Shown here: one piece after another, positions 1 through 8,005 of the stretch
Layout: the number at the start of each line of letters is the position of its first letter
How positions within the stretch are numbered: position 1 is the stretch's first letter
Origin: Pseudomonadota bacterium
GTDB lineage: Bacteria; Pseudomonadota; Gammaproteobacteria; Methylococcales; Methylococcaceae
DNA length: 18,033 nt
NCBI GenBank assembly: GCA_040753975.1
Contig: JBFMDC010000026.1
Location: forward strand, 1-18,033
Reading direction: 5' to 3'
Notes under the pieces: model-generated
The model's input: the letters and a program-made list of their open reading frames with translations, nothing else
Told to the model about the DNA's origin: nothing
Databases searched by the model: none
Position numbers and translations under genes: made by a program

Positions 1-249
1 CGGGCTGTCCTGCCCGGCACCCTTCGGGCCAGTGCCAATCCGCTCCCGGCGGATTGGTCATGCCGGGCTGTCCTGCCCGGCACCCTTCGGGCCAGTGCCA
101 ATCCGCTCCCGGCGGATTGGTCATGCCCGGCTGTCCTGCCGGACACCCGGCGGGCCGGTGCCAGTCCGCTCCCGGCGGATTGGTCATGCCCGGCTGTCCT
201 GCCGGACACCCGGCGGGTCGGTGCCAGTCCGCTCCCGGCGGATTGGTCC
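1..249 (+). repeat. Tandem array of a 63-bp unit, about 4 copies. The first copy is truncated by the window edge. Copies 1-2 are identical; copies 3-4 are a shared variant. Each unit can fold into three short hairpins.
   Basis: Period 63 seen directly: unit starts at 60, 123 and 186, each beginning atgccgggctgtcctgcc. The same unit recurs at 17958-18033. Per-unit inverted repeats are ccgggc/gcccgg, ggcac...gtgcc and ccaatccgc-tcccg-gcggattgg. Confidence 0.85.
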
Positions 250-264
250 GGCAATCCCTGCCGG
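248..264. repeat. Hairpin ccggca-atccc-tgccgg closing the tandem array. Its reverse complement lies at 17888-17904.
   Basis: Exact 17-nt reverse-complement match between the two window ends. Confidence 0.6.
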
Positions 265-324
265 AATGACGACCAACCCAATTTCGACAAAGCCCCACTC
301 CAGGGTTTGTCAAACTTTGCGAGT

Positions 325-343
325 CCCCCGGCTAAGCCGGGGG
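325..343. repeat. Orphan hairpin cccccggc-taa-gccggggg. Its stem is identical to the subterminal hairpins of the IS200-like element at 11262-11281 and 11842-11861. It may be a REP-like element or the footprint of an IS end.
   Basis: Perfect 8-bp stem with a 3-nt loop. The same stem sequence appears at both IS200 ends. Confidence 0.5.
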
Positions 344-539
344 CTTTCCCGCGATAAATAAGCGAAAAACCGGGCATCCGGCCTCGTCGTCGGACCTGCC
401 TCCAGCACCCCCAATGCAAATCGACGCGGACAATCGCATTGGCATAGACTGAACTCCCGGGCAGGGACCGAGTCTGGCTTGCCGGTCGAGGACTCGGTAA
501 GGCGCTCGGGGCCACCGCTTACCGCCGAGAGCCAAGCCC

Positions 540-1829
540 ATGAAATCCCCCGAGCACTTGTTCCCCGCTGTCAGGCCGCAAGTCTCGGACAGCTTCAAGG
601 TGCTGAAACTGCTGGCCCTGGTGCTGCTGCGCGAATACCGCGAAGGCGGGATCAGACACCGGGCGATGAGCCTGGTGTATACCAGCCTGCTCTCCTTGGC
701 GCCGCTGCTGGCGGTGAGCTTTTCGGTGCTCAAGGCGTTCGGCGTGCACAATGAGATACAGCCGCTGCTGCTCGAAATGCTGGCTCCCCTGGGCGACAAA
801 GCGAAGGAGATCACCGATAAGGTCATCGGTTTCGTCGAGAACATCCAGGTGGGCGTTCTGGGCTTCGTCGGCTTTCTGATGCTGTTCTACACCGTGGTGT
901 CGCTGCTGGAGCAGATCGAGGACAGCTTCAATCACATCTGGCGGGTGTCCAGGACGCGCCCGCTGTACCGCCAGTTCAGCGACTACCTCAGCATCGTCCT
1001 GATCGGTCCGGTACTGCTGTTTTCCGCGATCGGCATCGCGGCGTCGATGAGCAGCATGGAAATCGTACAGCGGCTGATCGCTCTGGAGCCTTTCGGCACG
1101 GCCTACTATCTGGCCGGCATCGCCCTGCCCTATGTGCTGATCGTCGCCGCCTTTACCTTCGCCTATTCGTTCATACCCAACACCGGGGTGAAATGGCGGC
1201 CCGCGCTGGCGGGCGGCCTGTTTGCCGGCCTGAGCTGGAAAGCGACGGGCTTTCTGTTCGCCGAGTTCACGGTCAATTCCGCCCATTACAGCGCCATCTA
1301 TTCCGGCTTTGCCGTCATCCTCCTCTCCATGATCTGGCTGTACCTCAGTTGGCTCATCCTGCTGCTGGGGAGCGTCGTCTCCTTCCACATCCAGTTTCCG
1401 CGCTATCTCGGTTACGGCGGACGGCGGCCCCACCTGAGCCCCCAGTCCCAGGAGCGCCTCGCCCTGCTGCTCATGATCCTGATCGGACGGAGCCATGCGC
1501 GCGGCGCGCCCGCCTGCACGCTTCCCGACCTGGCGGATCAAATGAACCTGCCTTGGGAAGCCGTGGCGGACCCGCTGGAATGCCTGAAACAACACGGCCT
1601 GCTGTTAAGCCTGAACGGCGAGCAGAAAACATTTGTTCTCGCGCGGGATACCGATGCGATCCTGTTGAGCGAAGTGGTGGAGGCGGTTCGAACCGCGGGC
1701 GATCGGCCGGCCCTGACTCTTCAAGACGAACCCGATGCCGTCCGGGAAATCCTGGCCGCCATCGACCGCGGCCCGGAAACGACTCTGGGAAACCGCAGCT
1801 TGCGGGACGTCGTTCGGATCGAGGAATAG
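540..1829 (+). CDS. yihY: YihY/BrkB-family inner-membrane protein (the family formerly mis-named ribonuclease BN). It carries a C-terminal extension of about 130 aa.
   Basis: 429-aa ORF with multiple hydrophobic helices. Typical YihY segments are present (FYTVVSLLEQIEDSFNHIW, LLLGSVVSFHIQ). Ordinary family members are about 300 aa. Confidence 0.8.
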   Translation: MKSPEHLFPAVRPQVSDSFKVLKLLALVLLREYREGGIRHRAMSLVYTSLLSLAPLLAVSFSVLKAFGVHNEIQPLLLEMLAPLGDKAKEITDKVIGFVENIQVGVLGFVGFLMLFYTVVSLLEQIEDSFNHIWRVSRTRPLYRQFSDYLSIVLIGPVLLFSAIGIAASMSSMEIVQRLIALEPFGTAYYLAGIALPYVLIVAAFTFAYSFIPNTGVKWRPALAGGLFAGLSWKATGFLFAEFTVNSAHYSAIYSGFAVILLSMIWLYLSWLILLLGSVVSFHIQFPRYLGYGGRRPHLSPQSQERLALLLMILIGRSHARGAPACTLPDLADQMNLPWEAVADPLECLKQHGLLLSLNGEQKTFVLARDTDAILLSEVVEAVRTAGDRPALTLQDEPDAVREILAAIDRGPETTLGNRSLRDVVRIEE

Positions 1830-1984
1830 CCCCCGCACACGCCCCGTATCCGCTTTTCTCGGCTATCTGAGCGGCAGAAGACGTCGACGATCCTAATCTG
1901 TTCGGCAGGCTTTGCAGACGGCATGTGAAGGCTCCTCAGTTGGTTCAAAGGTTGGTAGGTCGCATGCCAAGGAACCCACTGCGG

Positions 1985-2323
1985 CTACCGCCCGAACTCG
2001 GACGGCGATTGCCCGATACTCTTCTTGAACGCCCTCGCGAACGACCCCGGTCTTTCGTAGCCGCTGCCCAATGCGATGTCGATGATCGGGCGGTGGCTGC
2101 GGAATGCGAGTTGATAGGCGGCGCGCTTCAACCGGCGGAGCTGGACGTATTGGTACACCCCGATGCCGAAAAGAGCGGCGAACTGACGGTGGAAATGATA
2201 TTTCGAGAAGGCGGCGACGCCACAGAGCCTGTCCGGCGTGAGATCGCCGTCCAGGTTCGCATCGACATACTCGAGTACCTTGCGGAATCTGGCGCGGTAT
2301 CTGTCCGAGCTTGTTGCACTCAA
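1985..2323 (-). CDS. Stand-alone AraC/XylS-type helix-turn-helix transcription factor, MarA/SoxS-like size (112 aa). TTG start.
   Basis: The whole protein is about one AraC HTH domain (…LCGVAAFSKYHFHRQFAALFGIGVYQYVQLRRLKRAAYQL…GYERPGSFARAFKKSIGQSPSEF). A strong SD (AAGGAGA) sits 8 nt upstream of TTG at 2323. No in-frame ATG lies upstream. Confidence 0.7.
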   Translation of the reverse strand: MSATSSDRYRARFRKVLEYVDANLDGDLTPDRLCGVAAFSKYHFHRQFAALFGIGVYQYVQLRRLKRAAYQLAFRSHRPIIDIALGSGYERPGSFARAFKKSIGQSPSEFGR

Positions 2324-2582
2324 CGAAATATCTCCTTGGCGACCGCCAGCTTAGCGCCCTGAATTCAATAATGCCTGACAGAAATTGCTGAATCGGCGGA
2401 GCCACGTTTTGACGTCAATCACAGAACATTTACGAAATCGGGTTCCGCCCCAACATTTCTTTACTTTCTGAGCGGTGGCGATTTGTAGGGGGAAGATGAT
2501 CAGCAAAGAGTCGCTACCGCGACGATGATTTGAATCGGGTTTCCGCACCCGAAGGCGGGTTACTTTCTTTTGCTCGGCCAAA

Positions 2583-2610
2583 GACCAGTTTGCCGGGAGC
2601 AAACTGGGTC
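2583..2610 (+). repeat. Hairpin GACCAGTTTGC-CGGGA-GCAAACTGGGTC. It belongs to a CGGGA-loop hairpin family together with 16412-16439 and the tandem-repeat hairpin.
   Basis: 9-bp perfect stem plus a bulged extension. Loop and GAC…GGTC flanks are shared with the hairpin at 16412-16439. Confidence 0.45.
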
Positions 2611-2839
2611 GCACGGAGTGCGCCCGAAGGGTTTGCGGCAGGAAAGCCGCAAAACAGCGTAACCAAAGAAAAGGCCGCCCGACTGCCGCGAAGGCCCCCG
2701 AGCGCCAAGGCTTTTGTCGGGGGGCGATCGAAGGGGCTTCCGCCAGCGGCTGCGGGAATGCCAATACATCATTATGTGACTCTACTTTCGAGAAAGTTAG
2801 TAGCTCCGTGAGTTCCCATGCAGAATTTTGCTAGACTTT

Positions 2840-3076
2840 CTAGATTGATGAAATTTCCCATCTCGCCTGAATCGTATCCGCAGAAAGGTCCGCTCCGCAG
2901 TCCCACTCAATAAAATACTTGCCGTTGTGAATTCGTTCAAACTCAGCCCTGTCCTTCAGCGGAGCGAAAGCTTCCGACTCGAGATATGGCTTTACATCGA
3001 ATAAACCAGCCTTGCCGTCTTCGCTCTTGATATAAAGCACGTAATTGTCTCTCGGAATTATTTCAACAATATTCAT
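2840..3076 (-). CDS. DUF2442-family small protein (78 aa). It is the downstream gene of a putative two-gene toxin-antitoxin-like module.
   Basis: Size and sequence are typical of DUF2442 (…YVLYIKSEDGKAGLFDVKPYL…GKYFIEWDCGADLSADTI). It overlaps the upstream DUF4160 gene by 4 nt (ATGA). The region is AT-rich. Confidence 0.7.
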   Translation of the reverse strand: MNIVEIIPRDNYVLYIKSEDGKAGLFDVKPYLESEAFAPLKDRAEFERIHNGKYFIEWDCGADLSADTIQARWEISSI

Positions 3077-3345
3077 TGATCAAGCCCTCGGATTGGAAAT
3101 GGTTTATTTCCGATTACGGCTAACTGCCAGTCAGCAAGTAAATCATCCTGATGTATCTCAATCCATGCAACAACCAGTTTGTGTTTCTTTAACGGAAGTT
3201 CGCCAGCCAATACGAAACCATCGTAAATTGAGTACACAGCAACGCGCCCCTGATATTCCGCATGAATATGCGGAACGCTGTGCTTATTCGTGTCATAGAA
3301 AAACATTCGAATAATAATACCATAGAACATCGATATGGTAGGCAT
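3073..3345 (-). CDS. DUF4160-family small protein (91 aa from the internal ATG at 3345; the upstream in-frame ATG at 3366 would give 98 aa). It is the upstream gene of the DUF4160/DUF2442 pair.
   Basis: MPTISMFYGIIIRMFFYDTNKHSVPHIHAEYQG is the canonical DUF4160 N-terminus. AGGAG lies upstream of the 3345 ATG. The pair co-occurs widely as an operon. Confidence 0.7.
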   Translation of the reverse strand: MPTISMFYGIIIRMFFYDTNKHSVPHIHAEYQGRVAVYSIYDGFVLAGELPLKKHKLVVAWIEIHQDDLLADWQLAVIGNKPFPIRGLDQ

Positions 3346-3381
3346 TAGAACCGTCTCTCCTGTCATACCTGATTTACTGAA

Positions 3382-3395
3382 CCGAATCTATTCGG
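3382..3395. promoter_or_regulatory. Palindrome CCGAAT-CT-ATTCGG just upstream of the DUF4160/DUF2442 pair. It is a candidate autoregulatory operator.
   Basis: Perfect 6-bp arms in an AT-rich 5' region, between the dnaE2 stop and the pair's start. Confidence 0.3.
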
Positions 3396-3453
3396 CCCCA
3401 GCATATCAAAGTAATTTTGCGATGCTTGTACATGTTATCTCACTTTTTGACGC

Positions 3454-6400
3454 TCACTGAAAATCCCTGGACTTTACCACCAACCCGTCCAGCCATTTTC
3501 CGATATCTTCCAGCCGCCCGGCGACGAGGTGCAATACGCCCTCCTCCTGCTGCACGGTGCCGGATACCGCGAGGAGGTGGGCATACAGCAGCGCACGGCG
3601 TTGGGCCTGGGCGGTGGCGGGCCAGACGATGAGGTTGATCTGGCCGGTTTCGTCTTCGATCGTGACGAAGGTGGTACCGTTGGCGGTCATGGGGCGCTGC
3701 CGGCAGACCACGAGGCCGGCAACGCGGGCGATGGCGCCGTTCCTCACCTGCCACAAAGCTTCGGCGGTGCGGAAGCCGCGGCGGTCCAGCCGCTCCCGTA
3801 GGAGACTCAACGGATGGCGGCGCAGGCTGGCGCCGGCGGCTGCATAGTCGGCGATGACGTCCTCGGCTTCGCCCGGTTTCCTCAGCAGGGGCGCGGCTTC
3901 GGCGAATTGCGGTTCGGCATAGAGCGGGGTCGGCGCTTCCACGCCGGCGGCTTCCCAGAAGGCGCGATGGCGGTGGCCGCCGAGTCCGCGCAGTGCATCG
4001 GCGGCGGCCAGCGCTTCCAGCTCGCGGCGGTCGAGCCGGGCGCGGGTGGCTAAATCCTGGACGCTTTGGAACAGGCTCTGCCGGCGGGCTTCGCTCAGGC
4101 GTTGCGCCGCAGCGGACGAGAATCCGTTGACCAGGCGCAGACCCAGCCGAAGGGCCGGAACGGGCGAGTCACCCGGCTCCAGCGCACAATCCCAGTCGCT
4201 GTGGTTGACGTCGATCGGGCGCACTTCGACGCCGTGGCGGCGGGCGTCCTGGATGAGCTGGGAGGGGCCGTAGAAGCCCATGGGCTGGCTGTTGAGGAGA
4301 GCGCAGGCGAAGGCGGCGGGATGGTGGCACTTGAGCCAGGCCGAGACGTAGGCCAGGAGGGCGAAGCTGGCGGAATGCGATTCGGGGAAGCCGTATTCGC
4401 CGAAACCCTGGATCTGGCGGTAGATCTGGCGGGCGAAGCGCTCTTCGTAGCCGCGTTCGCGCATCCCGTCCATCAGCTTCTTCTCGAACGGCTCCAGCCC
4501 GCCTTTGCGGTGCCAGGCGGCCATGGCGCGGCGCAGTTGGTCGGCCTCGCCCGGCGTGAATCCGGCGGCGACCATGGCCAGTTGCATCACCTGCTCCTGA
4601 AAGATCGGCACGCCCAGCGTCCGCTTCAGCACCTTCTCCACATCGGGGCCGGGGTAGGACACCGGCTCCAGCCCGGCCCGCCGGGTAAGATAAGGATGCA
4701 CCATGTCGCCCTGGATCGGTCCGGGCCGGACGATGGCGATCTGGATCACCAGGTCGTAGTAGTTCTTGGGCCGCAGCCTCGGCAGCATGCTCATCTGCGC
4801 CCGCGATTCCACCTGGAACACGCCGATGCTGTCGGCCCGCTGCAGCATCTCGTACACCGCCGGGTCTTCCGGGGGGATGTCGGCCAGCGCGAACGGCCGG
4901 CCCAGCCCTTCGCCCACGTAGGCCAGCGCCTTGCGGATCGCGGTCAGCATGCCCAAAGACAGGACGTCGACCTTGAGCAGCCCCAGGGACTCCAGATCGT
5001 CCTTGTCCCACTGGATCACGGTGCGCTCGGGCATGGCGGCGTTTTCCACCGGCACCCAGTGCGACAGGTCCTCGGCAGCGATGACGAAGCCGCCCACGTG
5101 CTGGGACAGGTGGCGGGGAAAACCCACCAGCATCTGCACCAGGGCCAGCAGACGCCGCACCGCCGGGTTTTCGGACGCGAGGCCGGCTTCGGCCAGGCGC
5201 TCCGGCAATGTCTCCGCGACGCCGTGGCGGTCGAGCACCCGCGCCAGGGTGTCGATCCGCGACGGTGAAAAGCCCAGGGCGCGGGCGACGTCGCGCACCG
5301 CGCTCCTCACGCGGTAGGTGATGAGGCTGGCCGCCAGCGCCGCCCGGTGGCGGCCGTACTTGCGGTAGATGTACTGGATGACCTCCTCGCGCCGCTCATG
5401 CTCGAAATCCACGTCGATGTCGGGCGGCTCGTTGCGTTCCTTGGAGATGAAGCGCTCGAACAGCAGATCGAGCCGGGCCGGATCGACCTCGGTGATGCCG
5501 AGGCAATAGCACACCGCCGAATTGGCCGCCGATCCCCTGCCCTGGCACAGGATGCCACGGCTGCGGGCGAACTGGACCACATCATGCACGGTCAGGAAGA
5601 ACGGCTCGTAGGCCATGGCGCCGATCAGTTCCAGTTCGTGCCCGACCTGCCGCCGCACCTTGTCCGGCACGCCTTCCGGCCAGCGCTTGGCCATGCCTTG
5701 CCGGGTCAGCTCGCGCAGCCAATCGATGGCCGTGTAGCCGTCCGGCACCAGCTCGGCCGGGTATTCGTAGCGCAGTTCGTCCAGCGAAAACCGGCAGCGC
5801 TCGGCGATGCGCAGCGATTCTTCGAGGAGTGGCCGCGGATAAATCCGCGCCAGGGTCTCGACGGGACGCAGATGGCGCTCGCTGTTCGGAAACAGCGCGT
5901 AGCCGAGTTCCGCCAGCGGCTTGCCGAGGCGGATGGCGGTCAGGGTGTCCTGCAGCGGCTGGCGCTCGCGGGCGTGCATATGGACGTCGTTGCAGGCGAC
6001 CAGGGGGAGGCCCAGCCGATCGCCCAGCGCCTGTAGGGCGGCCAGGCGGCGGCCGTCCTCGCCGCCCAGGAACAGCTCGGCGCCGATCCAGCAGCGGGCC
6101 GGAAACAGCCGCGCCAGCCAGGCGCCGGTTTCGGCATCGGGCGCGTCTTCCGGCAGCCAGAGCGCGAGGCAATGGTCGAGCGCGTGGGTTTCGAGCTGAT
6201 GGCGGAGCAGCCGGTACCCGCCTTTCTCCGCCGCCCGCCGGCCCAGGGTGATGAAGGCCGCGAGCTGGCCGTAGCCGCGGCGGTCGGTCGCCAGCAGCAC
6301 CAGCTTGGGACCACCCTCCAGGCGGAATTCGCTGCCGATGATGAGCTTGAAGCCGAGTTGCTTGGCCTCGGCATGGGCGCGCACCGCGCCGGCCAGCGAG

Positions 6401-6522
6401 CATTCGTCGGTGAGCGCCAGGGCCGCGTAGCCCAACCGGGCGGCTTCGGCCACCAGCTCCTTGGGATGCGAGGCCCCGCGCAGGAAGCTGAAATTGCTCA
6501 GGGCATGCAGCTCGGCGAACAT
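3454..6522 (-). CDS. dnaE2: Error-prone DNA polymerase III alpha-subunit paralogue DnaE2 (ImuC), 1022 aa.
   Basis: It begins MFAELHALSNFSFLRGASHPKELV…LALTDECSLAGAV (PHP domain) and continues with pol III alpha motifs. The ORF-track ORF reaches 7122, but the conserved N-terminus starts at the ATG at 6522, 4 nt after the imuB stop. Confidence 0.9.
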   Translation of the reverse strand: MFAELHALSNFSFLRGASHPKELVAEAARLGYAALALTDECSLAGAVRAHAEAKQLGFKLIIGSEFRLEGGPKLVLLATDRRGYGQLAAFITLGRRAAEKGGYRLLRHQLETHALDHCLALWLPEDAPDAETGAWLARLFPARCWIGAELFLGGEDGRRLAALQALGDRLGLPLVACNDVHMHARERQPLQDTLTAIRLGKPLAELGYALFPNSERHLRPVETLARIYPRPLLEESLRIAERCRFSLDELRYEYPAELVPDGYTAIDWLRELTRQGMAKRWPEGVPDKVRRQVGHELELIGAMAYEPFFLTVHDVVQFARSRGILCQGRGSAANSAVCYCLGITEVDPARLDLLFERFISKERNEPPDIDVDFEHERREEVIQYIYRKYGRHRAALAASLITYRVRSAVRDVARALGFSPSRIDTLARVLDRHGVAETLPERLAEAGLASENPAVRRLLALVQMLVGFPRHLSQHVGGFVIAAEDLSHWVPVENAAMPERTVIQWDKDDLESLGLLKVDVLSLGMLTAIRKALAYVGEGLGRPFALADIPPEDPAVYEMLQRADSIGVFQVESRAQMSMLPRLRPKNYYDLVIQIAIVRPGPIQGDMVHPYLTRRAGLEPVSYPGPDVEKVLKRTLGVPIFQEQVMQLAMVAAGFTPGEADQLRRAMAAWHRKGGLEPFEKKLMDGMRERGYEERFARQIYRQIQGFGEYGFPESHSASFALLAYVSAWLKCHHPAAFACALLNSQPMGFYGPSQLIQDARRHGVEVRPIDVNHSDWDCALEPGDSPVPALRLGLRLVNGFSSAAAQRLSEARRQSLFQSVQDLATRARLDRRELEALAAADALRGLGGHRHRAFWEAAGVEAPTPLYAEPQFAEAAPLLRKPGEAEDVIADYAAAGASLRRHPLSLLRERLDRRGFRTAEALWQVRNGAIARVAGLVVCRQRPMTANGTTFVTIEDETGQINLIVWPATAQAQRRALLYAHLLAVSGTVQQEEGVLHLVAGRLEDIGKWLDGLVVKSRDFQ

Positions 6523-6526
6523 CGCT

Positions 6527-7999
6527 TCAGCCGAACAGGCCGTGCAAATGCCAGGGCCCCGCCGTCCCGGCGTCCCGGTAGATCCACAGCCGGGCCCCGG
6601 CGCCGTCGACCGCCACATGATAATCGCGCCGCACCGGCCCGCCGTCCCACCAGCCGGTTTCGATCCGCTCGCACTCGGGCAGGATGCGGATGTCCCGCTT
6701 GGATAAAAGCCGGGGCCGAGGCAGCAGCCACAGGGGCCGGGGCGACCGCGCCGCCGCGCCGCTGCGGGGTGCGTTGCCGGATGCCGCCCGCTCCGGCCGG
6801 TGATCGGCGCGGAGCACGGGCTGGCGCAAGGCCTGCGGTCCCAGCCGCGCCTGGAGGCGGTCGAGCAGTTCGTCCCAAGCCTCCCCGCTGGCCGCCTCGG
6901 GCGTGAACAGGTCCGCCATCGGCACGGCGAACGGCTGGAGGTCGGCGCTTCGCAGCAGCAAGCCCCGGACCGGGGCGGGCAGCGCCACCCGCTCCAGCCG
7001 CTGGCGCAGCAGGGCTGCGAATTGCCCGGCCTGCCGTCCTGCCCGGCGTGGCCTTGAGCAAACCCGCGTCGGCGCGGCGCGGGCATGCCGCAGTTCGAGC
7101 TCCAGCTCCGCGGCGACGGCATCGCGGCTCCGCAGGAAAGCCTCGAATTCCGCCAGCAAAACTTCGACCAGCGGGAAGACCTGGGTCAGGTCTTCGGTTT
7201 CCATCGCCAGTTCTCGCTCGGCGCGGAATCGGGGCGGGGCATGGAACTGCCGCAGCGGCTGGGGCCGGCTGCCCGCGGCCTCGTCCAGCCGCCGCAGCAG
7301 ATCGCGGCCATAGCGGCGCGCCAGACCGTCCCGCGGCATGCGCCAGAGATCGCGCAGCACCTGCAGTCCGGCACGGGCAAGACGGCCGGTGAGCTTATCG
7401 TCGATGCCCAGCGCGGCGACGGGCAGATCGCCCAGCGCGGAACGCAGCGCCTCAGCCTCGAGCACCGGCGCCGGGAACCCTGCCTGCGCCATCAGCCAGG
7501 CCGCCGCGGGCGTCGGCGCCAGACCGCATTGCACCGCGTGGCCGTCCGCCGCACGGCAGGCCGTTTCGGCCAGCGCCTCCGGCCCGCCGAACAGCCGCAG
7601 GCTGCCGCGTACCTCCAGTTGGAGGGTGGCCGGGAAGTCCAGGCTGATCCAAGGGGTGAAGCGCAGGCAGCGTTCCGCCAGCCGGGAAAGGGCCCGCCGC
7701 TCGGCCTCCGGGTCCCGGTTCACCGCCGTCAGCCCAGGACAGAGCGCCTGAGCTTCGGCCAAGGCCATGCCGGGGACGACACCCTGTGCTTCGGCTGCCG
7801 CCGAAGCACTGTGAACCAGGAGCCGGCCGCCACCGGCTTCGGTGACGGCGATCGGTTCGGACGCCGCGGCCCCTAAAGCCTCCAGCGCAAGCGCGGGGAA
7901 ATGCAGCGCCAGCCAGAGCGGCGCGGCCTCGGCCGGGGGGACCTCGCATGGCGGTTCCGCCGGGAGAGAAGGGGAATGGTAAGCGCGCGCGAGGGACAT
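6527..7999 (-). CDS. imuB: ImuB, a Y-family polymerase-like protein of the mutagenesis cassette, 490 aa.
   Basis: …LWLALHFPALALEALG… is the typical ImuB N-terminal motif. It sits between imuA and dnaE2. It has a Pro-rich leader of about 25 aa before the conserved start, with no alternative in-frame ATG. Confidence 0.85.
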   Translation of the reverse strand: MSLARAYHSPSLPAEPPCEVPPAEAAPLWLALHFPALALEALGAAASEPIAVTEAGGGRLLVHSASAAAEAQGVVPGMALAEAQALCPGLTAVNRDPEAERRALSRLAERCLRFTPWISLDFPATLQLEVRGSLRLFGGPEALAETACRAADGHAVQCGLAPTPAAAWLMAQAGFPAPVLEAEALRSALGDLPVAALGIDDKLTGRLARAGLQVLRDLWRMPRDGLARRYGRDLLRRLDEAAGSRPQPLRQFHAPPRFRAERELAMETEDLTQVFPLVEVLLAEFEAFLRSRDAVAAELELELRHARAAPTRVCSRPRRAGRQAGQFAALLRQRLERVALPAPVRGLLLRSADLQPFAVPMADLFTPEAASGEAWDELLDRLQARLGPQALRQPVLRADHRPERAASGNAPRSGAAARSPRPLWLLPRPRLLSKRDIRILPECERIETGWWDGGPVRRDYHVAVDGAGARLWIYRDAGTAGPWHLHGLFG

Positions 8000-8005
8000 G
8001 GCGCC

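Noticed and set aside
1-249. Possibility that the repeated units are a CRISPR array.
   Set aside because: Whole 63-bp units repeat head to tail with no unique spacers between constant repeats, and no cas genes are present.
32-361. 109-aa ORF (and the overlapping 54..269 ORF) running through the tandem repeats.
   Set aside because: The repeat period (63 = 21 codons) automatically keeps any frame open. The peptide is low-complexity and Arg/Pro/Gly-rich with no start context. I treat it as non-coding repeat DNA.
2351-2811. ORFs 2351..2764 (minus), 2530..2811 (plus) and 2560..2772 (minus) in the araC-TA intergenic region.
   Set aside because: There are no RBS, no recognisable domains and mutually overlapping frames. 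I treat the interval as non-coding, though possibly structured.
3454-7122. The 1222-aa ORF-track ORF extending dnaE2 upstream to 7122.
   Set aside because: The first 200 residues are Arg/Pro/Cys-rich junk read through imuB in another frame. The conserved DnaE2 N-terminus begins at the ATG at 6522.
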